Source of the DNA: Selaginella moellendorffii
Lineage: Eukaryota; Plantae; Lycopodiophyta
Length of the DNA: 64,000 nucleotides
Assembly: GCF_000143415.4 (NCBI RefSeq)
Contig: NW_003314304.1
Coordinates: forward strand, 1,112,047-1,176,046
Reading direction: 5' to 3'
Shown here: positions 14,637-26,800 of the stretch, piece after piece
Position numbering within the stretch: the first letter of the stretch is position 1
How the letters are laid out: each line of letters starts with the position of its first letter
Program-made: the position numbers and the translations under genes
The notes under the pieces: generated by a model
Databases searched by the model: none
What the model was told of the DNA's origin: nothing
The model's input: the letters and a program-made list of their open reading frames with translations, nothing else

Positions 14637-14771
14637 GGCGTGTCAAAAACACATGGGCAGTGGTCCAAAATCCATGCTTGTGTGGGCTTTGGTCCTTACA
14701 AGCATGGATTTTGGACCACGAAAACTGCCGCTAGACGAAGACTACACGAGTGCATGCGTTTTTGACACGCC
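14637..14771. repeat. Nested inverted repeat (135-nt foldback)
   Basis: Outer arms ggcgtgtcaaaaacacatg / catgcgtttttgacacgcc (1 mismatch). Inner perfect 22-bp arms at 14660-14681 and 14698-14719 around a 16-nt loop. Confidence 0.9.
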
Positions 14772-16360
14772 AAAGTTGTGGGAGGGGTTCCCACCAGCTG
14801 GGCATGAGCTTGACGCATTCCTGTGAGTAGGGAGTGAGCCCACTGCCCAGCCCTTCTGAGTCTTGAGGTTCTCTGTTAGAATTCCAAGAGCTGCTCTAGC
14901 TTTTCGATCACCAAATCGAAAATGCGAGGCCTCCTTACCGTGGAGAATGAAATTCAGCTTCTTCTCACCCATGTCCAGCTGCTAGACGAAGCTGCGCCAT
15001 CACCGCACAAGCACATGGGGCAAGACTTCCTGTTGGATTTGCTGTGTCGACTCATGATGCACCTGTTCCGTGAACCTCTCACTGTTCCAAAAGACTATAC
15101 CACCGCATGCAACCTTCGGCAAGAGCACGTGTAGACAATCTATGCTGTCTCCAACCTGTCTCGAGTCAGTGTAGAGCCTCACCACTAGGGGCTGTGAGCT
15201 GGATTGGGGCCTCACACTTGAGGAATGAGCTGGTGAAGATTGAAGTGTACAAGATGGAAGATGTGGAGGACCCTTATGGACATATAAATATTCACTATAT
15301 ATTTTTAGTGAATATTTATAATTTTATTTAGAATTACAATTGGTTGGGTGGTGGTGGTGTGGTGATAGGCAGTGGTGGAAGGTGTAGTGGGTGGTGGGGA
15401 GATAGGTAGTGGGCAGTAAACTGTACTACTAGCTTATATATAGAATTTAAGTAAGCATTTGCAACAATAGTAATTGTTTTCTACAGTCATCTTCCTCTTC
15501 AACATGAGGACTCATATGAATTGTTTCAGCTACCAGAAGCAAGCACAAGTGAGGATGGAGAAAACTAATCAAAATGATAAACATTTATGTTTTCAAAGCT
15601 TTGTATATCCTCTTCTCAAGTTTTTCTATTAGGAGCTTCATCTAGCACTAGTGCAACTGGTAGTGACCATTTTTAAAGTAAAGAAGATGAACCATGCACA
15701 CAAAACCTAAATAACGATCCTTTTGATCTTCTAGGCAAAGAGCTTCCCTTGGAGCAGAGGAGGAAGTTTCATTCCTGAACAACAATTAGATGAGTAACAA
15801 GGAAGATGTTGAAGTAGAGGCTGAGTATGTAGCTTTTTATAACTCTGCTGGAATTTCCATCCCCACTGCAATTTCCACCAAAACATGCCTTACCACTATA
15901 TCTTATTTTGCAATATGGCTTATAGTAATTTTAGACTAAAGGAGCTAGAGGATGTTCTACCAACCCCCTTCGACAAGAACCCACTACAGCATGAGGTTCT
16001 ACTTATGGACTTACTAGATGAAGTTGTGACTTGAGAGTGAATCCCAATGTTCCCTCTCTAATGTGGTTGATGCTCTATATATCAAATTATCATAATGTGA
16101 AAGCTACGCATAGTTTATTCAATGTTTCTGGCAATGGTCCAGCCATACCACCATGCCCATAGAAAATTGAAATCGTCAAAACTACTAGTAAGATTTGAAT
16201 TCTTCACTTTTGTGCTCTCTATATTATTTGTTAAACAATCTTTCCCAAGAATGAACTCACTTGTTTTCAATATATATACTAAAGCTATCTATAAACTCCA
16301 ATATCAAAATTTGTATACCTGTGTGCAATTGCTAGAGCTCTTATGTGGGAGATGGCCAAC

Positions 16361-16382
16361 GGGGGGGGGGGGGGGGGGGGGG
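16361..16382. repeat. Poly-G tract (G22)
   Basis: Direct count. Confidence 0.95.
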
Positions 16383-16924
16383 TTGCTCCAACCTGGGGGG
16401 TACAATGCCTATTCATTATTAGTGATGGCATAGTCTTTTCTAAGACGTGGTTTTCACAATCAACAAAATTTAAGATTATAGTATGCTAAACAATGAAAGC
16501 ACATGATAATTCCATATAATTTTCAATATGGTTTTCAAAGCAACTTAGTTTTGCCAGAATTTGATTGCCTTGTAAACTTGGATGTAACAGTTCTGGGATC
16601 CAGAACATGGCTCAGGAATACTCAATACCAAGCCAAAATAGAAAGGTGAGAAGAATTATCCTTACTTGTCATGTGTTGGATAAAAGGTTGTTTTTTCTAG
16701 CAAATCTACTTTCTAGAGACATAGGCAAATGCTTATACAAAATGTACAAGCCAAATAATGACAAGTTGGATTTAGGGGGAGATGTAGAACTATATAATCC
16801 TAAAGATGGTCTTGAATATGGTTTGTGAGAAAATATTGTATTTGTAGTTGGTGATGCTGGAGGTGGTGATGGAATAAAGGAAAAATAAAATTGTCTTGAT
16901 GATGATAGAAATCCAAAAGATGGC

Positions 16925-18215
16925 TTGGATGATCCCAGCAATTGTGATTTCTAGTCCAGATCTAGCAAAACAAGTGTTCAAGGCTGAAGACTCAACTTTC
17001 AGCTTCAGGCCATATTTGCTGGTTGGAGAGCACAGTGGCTACAATTTCAAGGGAATAGCTTTGGCTAGTGGTAATCACTGGAAGAGCATGAGAGGGATCT
17101 GCACCACCGAGCTCTTCACAGTCAAATGCATCGACTCTTTCTTTTGGGTTAGAATGGAGGAGCTTTCTTACTTCGTATCATCACTCGCCCAAGCTTGCAA
17201 AGACCAAAGTATTGTAGATGCGAGAGAGCACCTCACGGGCCTCACATTAAAAGTACAAACTCGGATCCTCATGAGCAAGAGGTTTCCCGGAGAGAACTTG
17301 AGTGGCGACGAGCTAGCAGAGGCCAGAGTATTCAAGGACTATGACAACACCAAGTTCCTCTTGTGCTTTCCTCATGATATCTGGATTTTTATAGCAAAGC
17401 CCACTCCACTGTGCATGCGCTTGTCTCTATTCCTGCTGCCAGAATTTCCTATGACAAAGCATTCCAGAGTATAAATTATCATGTTAGAATCATTCTCCGC
17501 TCCACTAGGGTGGCTTTGACAACCTCTTGGTCATCTCGTCTGTGCTCAAGCAAAGTATCCATGAAATCCGTTGTGGGGTGGGATTTGTTGGCTTTGTGTT
17601 CGTTGATGATCTTCTGGAGGAATTCGTCCTGCTTGGCAGCAACTCTTTTGGCCTGTGGTATGTTCCAGTTGAGCCAAGATGGTATAAACTCACTTATATG
17701 GAACTGGAAAGCAAACTTGACTGACTCATCAATCAAGGCGGAGATGGCATGGTTTTGGAGTCTGATTTCCCATAGCTGACATATCTTGAGGCCATCGTCA
17801 AGGAAACTTTCAGGATTCACCCTTCAATGCCATTGCTGGTGCCGAGGATGTCAATGCAAGCTTGTGTCTTGGGTCAATCATTTGAAGTTCGACGTTACCA
17901 CCATTGTCAACTTTTACTCTATTGGCAGAGATCCAAAAGTTTGGGAGAATCCTACAAAGGTTTGGCCCCAGAGGTTTCCGGTTGGCAATCGACGTGAAAG
18001 GCCACGACTTTGAGCTGATTCCGTTTGGAGCTGGGAGAAGAATGTCACTCGGCAAAACTGTTTATCTCACTCTTGGAAACATGCTCCATGGCTATGACTG
18101 GCGTCGTCTTCCTGGGAAACGCTATGGTTTTGATGAGACTTTTGGAGCAGTAAGTTGGCCAAAGTTATCATTGCAAGTTCGTGTAACTCCAAGGCAAGCA
18201 AAGATTGCAAAATAA
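16925..18215 (+). pseudogene. Cytochrome P450 pseudogene (B-type), 5'-truncated, with an internal ~400-bp inversion
   Basis: Near-identical to 35268-36801. 17339-17735 is the reverse complement of exon-1 end, intron and exon-2 start. Heme motif damaged (FGAGRRMSLG, no Cys). Confidence 0.93.
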
Positions 18216-18346
18216 ATATTGTATAATTCTCGAACTAAGAGAAGCTCCACATGGACCTCTGAATTTAATACTTGGAAGTCAACTATTTCAAACTAGTGAT
18301 TTTAATCCTGATGTCTTGTTCCACTAGAGGATCAAATGGAAGAATT

Positions 18347-18496
18347 GATGGGGCGGGAGCGATGGCGCGGTGTTCGATTCGGCAGCAGGGATGTGGGAGG
18401 AGAAAGCAAAGCTGGAAGAAAGATTCTCGAGCTCTGATCCCTCTTCGCGTGGTTTTGTCCGGCAGTGATCTTACAAAAACTCTATCGTTGACTTGA
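18347..18496 (+). pseudogene. 3'-end remnant of the PPR gene at 30796-33471
   Basis: Matches ~33310-33471 (gcgggagcgatggcgcggtg...gggatgtgggaggagaaagcaaagctggaagaaag...gttgacttga) with small indels. Confidence 0.9.
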
Positions 18497-18564
18497 GAGC
18501 TTCAAGAACTATAGCTTCATGTGCTTTATAACTTGATGGTCTCAAGCGAGAGAACAAGGGATTC

Positions 18565-20070
18565 ATGGAGTTTCCAGTCTACTTTCTTGTAGCTTTGGTG
18601 GTGTGTTTTTTGGGAAGATCTTTGCTGCAAAGTAGAAAGAGGTTGCCTCCATCTCCGTGGGGACTGCCTTTGATTGGTCACGTCCATCATCTGTCTAGGC
18701 TGCCTCACCAATCCTTCCAAAACTTATCCAGAAAGCTTGGAGGGATTATGTATCTAAGACTTGGGATGACTCCAGCCATTGTGATTTCCAGTCCAGATCT
18801 AGCGAAAGAGGCACTGAGAAGCAATGATTCTAGCTTTGGCTTCAGACCATACCTGTTGGTTGGGGAATATCTCACTTACAACTTTAAGGGGATTGGTTTG
18901 TCTAACGGTGATCACTGGAAGAACATGAGGAAGATCTGTATCACCGAGCTCTTCTCAGTCAAGCGCCTGGAATCCTTCCGAGGGCTGAGGCTTGCGGAGG
19001 TCTCTCACTTGGTCTCACGGCTTGCTCAAGCATCCAAGAGCCAGAGCGTCGTCAATGTGAGAGAACTTGTCACTGATTTCAATTTCAACATAGTGAGCCA
19101 GATGCTCATGAGCAAGAGATTCTTTGGGAACAAGAACTTGGGCGGGGAGGAAATAGAAGAGGCTAGACAGCTCAGAGAAGTCCTGGAGGTTCCACATAAG
19201 TGAGTTCGTCCCGGCTTGGCTGAGATGGATTGATTGGAACATCCCACATGCGAGAAAAATTGTGGCCAAGCAAGAGAAGTTCTTCAAAAAAATAATCCAA
19301 GAGCACAAATCTAGCCAGAAGTCCCGCCCTGTGATGGATTTTATGGATATCTTGCTACAACACCAAGAAGACGAGGAGGTCGCCAAAGCCACCTTGATGG
19401 TAAGTGAATGATCTCCTGGATTTCACAAAGTTTGTAGTAACAGTGACTGTCTTCCTCATTTTCACAGGAACTCCTTGCAGCAGGAACAGACACCAGTGCT
19501 TGTACGACAGAGTGGGCGCTGCTGGAACTTCTCAACAATCCAGAGATAATGAGGAAAGCACAGGAGGAACTCGATACTGTTGTGGGCCGAGATCGCATGG
19601 TTACAGAGTCTGATCTCCACAAGCTTCTATACCTTGAAGACATTGTCAAGGAAACTTTCAGGTTGCACCCTCCAGCCCCGTTGCTGATGCCCAGGATGTC
19701 AACTCAGGCTTGTGTTCTGGGCGAGTCTTTCGACATTCCCAAAGGTGCCACCACCATTATCAACTTTTATGCCATTGGTAGAGACCCAAGAGTTTGGGAT
19801 AAGCCTGAAAAGTTCTGGCCGGAGAGGTTTCAAGGATCAACAATCGATGTTAAGGGCCAGGACTTTGAGCTGATTCCATTCGGATGCGGGAGAAGAATCT
19901 GTCCAGGGATGTTGCTGGGACTCAAGAGTGTGTACCTCACGCTCGCCAACTTGATTCATGGTTTCAACTGGGAGCCTGTCGTTCGTGGAGGAAGCTACAA
20001 TATGGATGAAGCTTTTATGTCTGTCATATGGCCAAAGCTACCATTGCAAGCCAAAGTTACTTCTCTGTAA
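18565..20070 (+). pseudogene. Cytochrome P450 (A-type), frameshifted
   Basis: Near-identical to 33551-35076 but lacks 23 bp (gagctgacgcgcttcgctttgaa) at ~19188, giving a stop at 19201-19203. Exon 2 intact (KETFR, PERF, FGCGRRICPG). Confidence 0.92.
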
Positions 20071-20740
20071 CCATTGTATTCTGTTTTATTAGAAGCATCT
20101 TAATTTGCTCTTAAATTATAATATTACGTTATTCACGAGGTTGACCTTCAAACAATACAGCAGATACTCGTTTGTCATCTTGTTCAAAAGCATCACTAGA
20201 CGAACCTTGCAATGAAACAATTATTTATAGACCATGATTCATAGACTCGATGGAGTTCCTTCTCTTCTTCTTTGGCTTTCTACTATTGCTCATCTCTTCA
20301 AGAATGTGTTGCTGTCAAGCAAGAGGCTGCCCCCATCTCCATGGGGCTTGCCACTCATTGGTCACCTCCATCTCATTGGAAGAATGCCTCACCATTCAGT
20401 GCAAAAGGTCTCCAGGAAGTTTGGAGAGACTATCTATCTCAAATTGGGGATGATCCCTGCAATTGTGATTTCCAGTCCAGCTCTAGCAAAGCAAATGTTC
20501 AAGACTGAAGACTAAACTTTAGTTTCAGGCCATATTTGCTGGTTGGAGAGCACAGTGGCTACAATTTCAAGGGAATAGCTTTGGCTAGTGGTGATCACTG
20601 GAAGAACATGAGAAGGATCTGCAACACTGAGCTCTTCACAGTGAAACGCATTGACAAGGCCACCCACGCCCTCGGTATCTGATCCCCGAACCTGCTCATG
20701 ACACGATCATGATGCCCGTCGCCCGTGTCTCAACCTCCCT

Positions 20741-23497
20741 CATAGTTGCAGCTAGACATGCAAACGTTCCAACATGTCGACATTTAAACGCCATTTAAAA
20801 CGTTTTTTTCAGGACAATCCAATGTTTACATGTTAAAGCCTAAAATGATTAAAAAAACACTAATATTTACTAAAGACACTTTAATCTGATATTAAGTTTA
20901 TAAAACCTAACCGAATGACATACTAAAACAAATGAAAGAATAAGCCATTTTAGTCGTCTTTCGATTCTGAATCATCTTCCATTCCTTCATCAATGCTAAA
21001 CTCTTCAGTAGCCTGATTTAGTTCCTCAAAAGATTCTTGCAGATCCAAAATCCTCTTCCAATGAGGCTCCAACTCCAGCTTGTCTATATCAATCTCCAGC
21101 ATCCTCAAACCTTCACTCTCCAGCTTCTAAGCAACCCGCAAGTTTGTGTGAATGTAAACCAGCTTCTATGCTTTATTTTGTTAAAGTGGAACTTTTCATT
21201 ATCCCACTTATGGTGTGTGGCCACATGCCATTTTTATAACAATAATAAAAAATTGAAGTTTTAGCTTTATAATTTATAAATTAAAAACTTTTCATATGAT
21301 TTTGTGTTATAATATTGTAAAATATAAAAAATAAATTAAAAAACTGATAGAAATATTAATAAATATTAATTAAGTACTAGGAAATGGCATGTGGACACAT
21401 GCTAATTAATGTCCCACTTTACTGAATAAGTTCCACTTTAACGAAATAAAGTATTTCTCAGCATTTTTGGGAAGCAAGCGGGACCTGCACTTTTTTTGTA
21501 TCAAGCTCCATGAGCTCCAATTCCTCTCACATGGAGAAGTGCAAACAACCTGGCTTAAAATCCAGAGAGCCATGAGACGTAGATCAGGCATCTCTAAACC
21601 AAAAGAACTCCACCAGGTTACTGGAAACTTTCTGGTCTCCCAATCCTTGGCAACAGGTAACCTCATTTGCCATCCAAGCTATTGCCAAAACCTCTCAAAC
21701 TGTGCCTGCAATCTTAGCTGCAAGTCCAGATCACCTCCGCTATAAACATGCATGTACTCCAGCCAGTTCCCGCGTGCCTCATTGTCTAGCTTGTCATTCT
21801 TCGGGTTATCCCCCAGAAACAGAGGATGAAGAGCAAAAGCAGCTCCATGAATGATGTTGTGCATTTGATACCACCTTGCCTTCTTCAGACTGTGTGATTC
21901 AAGTAGGAAATCCTTGATTTGTCCCACTTCCTCATGTGCATAAATTCCATTTCGAGCTCCCTCATCCATCTTCTCGATCAGCCAATCAACAGCTTCAAAG
22001 ATGAGGCCTGAAGTTGCCCCCTCCCGATCAGTGAGCCGAAGAACTTGAAGTAAAGGTCCGAGCAAAATTAATAAATTCTCGCACCGCTCCCAGAACGAGT
22101 CATCGAGAACACGAGATTGCAGCTTCAGACCCTCCGGCTTCTTAGACTAGTCAAGTCGCTCCCATTCTTGGCTCACCACCATTCTTCAAAGCCCAGAGAG
22201 ATTCGTGGTCTCCAGAAGCTGAGACATCACAAGAAAAATATAAGCAAACCTCGTGGTCACAGGCTTTATTAGGTCCCATTTGCAGAAAGTTCTATAAAGA
22301 GCTAGAACCTATGGCTTTGAGGTGATGAAGGTAACTGTCTTTGCACAGCCATCGATGAAAGGCTGCACCCAAGACAAGGCTCCAATATCTTTGAACAGCA
22401 AGTCCATAATGTGGCAAACGCAGCGAACATGTACAATCTATGGAAACTCCTGCTGCAAAAGCTCCCCCATGATCACGCAATTGCTTGCATTGTCCGTCAC
22501 CACCTGCACAACGTTTTCCGTGCCAACCTCGGCAATCACTTGTTTCAGCTGCTCAAACAACCATGCTCCGGTTTTCTTCACATTCTTGCTGTCCACAGCC
22601 TTCAGGAAAATTGAGCCTCTTACAGAACTGACCATGAAGTTGATAAGAGACCGCTTCTTGATATCAGACCAGCCATCCGTGACAATGGTACAACCATATG
22701 TCCTCCAACTTAGCCGCACATCTTCAAGCCGCTTCTGAACGTTGTTGTAGATTCACTGTAGCTCAGTTGTCCGCAACTTCTCATATCCCATGAGGTTGTC
22801 AATCGCTGGACACCCCACTTTTGCGGCAACTTTTAGCACTTTCTTTAAGTTGTCTCTTTGGATTGTGTTCAAGGAGATGTTCTCGGCAAAGAAGAACTCT
22901 GCAACAGCATCATCCAGTGCCTTAGCTGAAGCAGTATCAAAAAATGTCACCAAATTTCCATTTGAGGATCTGTGTTTCGCTGCTCTGCTTGTCCCAGCAC
23001 TGGACCAGTTCTCCGTGCTTGCCACCATAGATTCTGCTGGCCCCCTTGAACCCTGTACAGCTTGCTGCAGCAGATGCCCATCATCGGCATCTGCTGGGTC
23101 TGCTAGCTCGAAATCGAAAAAACAGCTGCGAGCTTTTTTAAGAACCTCATAAGGGATCTCCCTCATTGCCTTGCACGTTTTCACACCTCTTGCCCGAACT
23201 CCAGTGAGATGTGCTCACACTCGGTCCACTCCCCCAGTGTGAATCTCATGACAATACTTACATGTCCAATGCCACTCTGCGTGTATCACATGCTTCCAGC
23301 TCCAGCATTCACATAACACAGGCCAAAAGGGTGGCCTCCTTCAATTCCTATCATGACCACAAGAACCCTGAAGAAACCCTAAAGAAACCCTAAAGAAACC
23401 TTTGTCTCTTTTCGCAAATAGTGCAAACGCATTAGGAGTTTAGACTGGCATTTAAAACGTTACGTTTATTAAGTTTCACACGTTTTCCGGCAACTAT
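20741..23497 (-). mobile_element. hAT-superfamily DNA transposon (BED finger + DUF659 + hATC dimerisation transposase), defective
   Basis: BED-like WTCKYC..HLTGV (~23170-23310); DUF659 CTIVTDGWSD..LINF..FLKAVDS..VVQVVTDNASN; VTTRFAY; hATC WWSSFG..LSQ..SPCERNWS. Ends catagttgc / gcaactat, with ctccct flanking both ends. Subterminal catttaaaacg motifs. In-frame stops. Confidence 0.88.
21168..21454. mobile_element. 287-bp MITE, copy 1, inserted in the hAT transposase 3' end
   Basis: ~27-bp TIR atgctttattt(t/c)gttaaagtggaactt; inner inverted repeat cacatgccattt/aaatggcatgtg; TTCT on both flanks. Removal restores AEKLVYIHTNLR. Confidence 0.92.
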
Positions 23498-23882
23498 CTC
23501 CCTATCCGGAGGGGAGGACTGCCTGCTCCGCGGGTGCGGCTCCTTCCGGCACCGGCGACCCACCGCTCTCTCCCCGCCGCTCCTTTTCCACTCGAGGCGG
23601 GTGCACCAGCGACTGGGCATGGACGGAGATCGGCCCACTCCCGGCCGGCTCAGAGAGGAGGGCTCCGAGCCCCAAAGGTCGGAGCGGAGTGCGCCGCCCC
23701 GGAATCCCGGTGATGTGTGCGGTGGGGAAGGAGGGGCGGGGCAGACGAAGACACACCCCGGGCGGGACGGGAGGATACTAGGCCGCCCATCCATGCCGTT
23801 GTCCGGGCTCCTTCGCGGGGAGATCGCACCACCGGCAAAGATGCTCCAATTGGTGGGATCAGGGAAGCGCCTGACCCACGGG

Positions 23883-26800
23883 TGTTAGGTGCCAGCTTTG
23901 ACTACATAGTCAACATCGGTCAAAGGGAGGCTCAAGGGTATATTAAGGCATGTTAGGGTAAGGGACTTAACCTACCCTAGGGCTCACAGTGGAGTGGTGG
24001 CGCAGTGGAGCTTTTGAGGTAGCTCGGGGGTGGTTGGGTGGTGAGGAACCTCAAGAAGTGGCATAGCATAGTCTAGGGCAACTAGATCTCTGTCTTTTTG
24101 CGCTGGTTCATAACATTGGTATCAGAGGGAGGTTGGTTGTGATGGCGGACCAAGCTGAACGCTGGAATCCTATTGTCGATGGTGGTGCCAACGATGGTGC
24201 CGACGAAGTTGTGGAGATTTGGACCATTCAAGATATGGTTCATGAGCTGCAAACCCTTAATCGAAATCAGCAAGAGATGCAAGACGAGATGCATGGCATG
24301 ATGGATACCATGCGTGGGCGTGTTGAGGCACTCGAGGCTGGATGGGGTAGTGCTCCAAGTAAGCCTTCTTTGGTAGATCGACTCAAGATTCCAACTTTTT
24401 CCGGTGATGGTGGTGTGGACGAGTGTCTCGCTTGGCTAGCCAATGTGAAGTTCTTGGCTGCTAGGGGAACTCCAGATGTAGAGGCTTTAGTGGCTATTCC
24501 GATGATTTTGCGTGATGCGGGTCTTCAATGGTGGAATTGGCTTGAGGAGTCCCGTGTTGCGAATAAGAAACCACCAGTGTCTACCATGGATGAGTTTGAG
24601 GCTGCTTTCCATTTACGTTTTGCCCCTCATTACGACGTGGAGAATGCTCGTACAGAACTTCACCATTTCCAGCAAGGGAAAATGACACTCGGGGATTATA
24701 TTGAGAAGCTTACTCACTTGATTAGTCGTGTTCCAACGAAGGATCCAGATCAAAACAAATCCTACTTCATTGATGGCTTACATAGTGAGAGCATGCGGCA
24801 ACACTTGCGTCATTCTCAGCCTACAAAGAGTTTGGAGGAGCTCTTTGATGCAGCTCGTCGACTTGACAATGACAAGCACAAGTCTCACAAGCATTCGCGG
24901 AGTCCTTCTGTCGAGAATCGTCGTGATGATCGCCGTGGACACAAGGATGGGAACAAACATCACAAGTTGAAGTCGGTGGTGACTACTTCAGATGCAAAGA
25001 TTCAAAAAGCAGAAGTTCTTTGTGAAGAATTATAGACAGGGTTGTCATCATTGCGGCGAACTTGGACACTACAAGGCTGATTGTCCGCAGTTGAAGAACA
25101 AACGGCAGGACAAGAAGAATGGCCAATCTTCTTCTCACGGTAAATCAGATACTAAAAAGTTGCAAACTTTACAGTGTGAGGATGACGAGTACGACCATTC
25201 TGGTCGGAGGAAGAGACTTTTGATCGTTGTTCATCAACTCAACTGTGTGTGGAACAAGATGGAGCTCGAGGATACACGTGAATCAGCTTTAATGCTGGAG
25301 GGCGTATTCCGTGGCGATCCAGTGCAGATTTTACTGGATAGTGGGAGCAATGACAACTTTGTTTCGGCAAAGTTTGTTGCGGAGCATCGCCTGAACACAT
25401 GCGGAGTTCTTCCATACACAGTGGAAGGTGCAGCTACCTCTACTCAGCATTTCAATGCTTGTGTCGAGGGGCTAGAAGTGTTGGTTGGCAAAACCACACT
25501 TGTGGAGACTTTTTATCTTGCAGATATCCATCGTGTGGATCTCATTCTTGGGATGCCATGGTTGGTGAAGGTGGATCCAGAGATAAAGTGGAGCATTAAG
25601 CGTATCTTGCTGGAGTATGGTGGCATTAAAGATGTGTAGTTTGGCGAGGGCGTTCAACCACCAGTTGTTATGCTCTCTGATACATCTTTGAAGTGGGCTT
25701 GTCGTAATGGAAAAGAAATTTCGAGTTACTTGTTGTTTGTTCGTGACTTGGGGGACCAAGGCACGTGTGGGGGAGAAGTAGCAGTATGGGATGTACTTGA
25801 CGAGTTTTTTGATGTTTTTCCATCTAAACTTCCTCATGGATTACCTCCATTAGGAGGTGTGGAGCATGGGATTACATTGGAGCTGGGGACGCAGCCAATT
25901 TACCGGTGTCCGTTTCGGTTAAGTTATGCGGAGGAGCAAGAAGTTCAACGACAAGTCAAGGAGTTACTTGAGTTTGGATTTATTCAGCTAAGTAAGTCTC
26001 CGTTTGGTGCTCCGGTCTTGCTTGTGAAGAAGAAGGACGGTTCAATGCGAATGTGTATTGACTACCGCGCTTTGAACAAGAAGACAGTGAAGGATAAGAT
26101 GCCGATGCCACGTGTGGATGATATCCTAGACAAGCTTGGTGAAGCACAAGTGTTTACCAAGATTGATCTGAGGAGTGGATATCATCAAATTGCAAAGGAT
26201 GATGCATCTATCTCCAAGACGGCATTCAACACAAGCTTCGGACATTTTTAGTTTACAGTTATGCCGTTTGGTTTGACAAATGCACTAGCCATATTTACTC
26301 GGTTGATGACGGAGGTATTTGGGCGTAATCTTCATGAGTTTGTGGAGATTTTCTTGGACGATATTCTTGTTTTTAGCAAGAATATAGAGGAGCATAGGGT
26401 GCATTTGCGCAAGGTTCTTTTGTTACTTCGAGACAACAAACTTTATGCAAAGAAGAGCAAATGTGAATTTGCAAAGTCGGAGGTGGAATGTCTAGGCCAT
26501 ATTGTGACATCTAAGGGTGTCAAGACGAATCCAAGGAAGGTGGCTGTGGTGGAAAACTGGCCTACACCGACTATAGTGGCTGAGTTGCACAGTTTTCTTG
26601 GTATGGCTAGTTACTACCGATGTTTCCATCATAAGTTTGCAGAGGTGGCTATTCCTTTGACGCGGTTGTTAAGCAAGAATGTGCCATTCGAGTGGAAGAT
26701 GCCACAAGAGGAGAGTTTTGTGGCGCTGAAACGATTGTTGAGCGAGGCTCTAGTGCTTCACATTGCTGATCCATTGAAACCTTATGAGGTGACATGCAAT

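Noticed and set aside
13700-16900. Assigning the AT-rich region to a specific transposon
   Set aside because: It looks like decayed repeat DNA, but I found no diagnostic protein motif or termini.
21037-21264. ORFs ending CFI.LKWNFSLSHLWCVATCHFYNNNKKLKF here and at 28549
   Set aside because: The shared tail is read-through into the MITE, not a protein domain.
23363-23401. aagaaaccct repeats as interstitial telomere
   Set aside because: The period is ~11 bp rather than 7; more likely a simple repeat in the hAT 5' region.
23432-23956. Several overlapping ORFs in the GC-rich fragment
   Set aside because: Stops are rare at ~70% GC and no domain is recognisable.
24990-25040. Programmed gag-pol ribosomal frameshift
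   Set aside because: The shift falls upstream of the gag zinc knuckle in an element with many other lesions, so a mutation is more likely.
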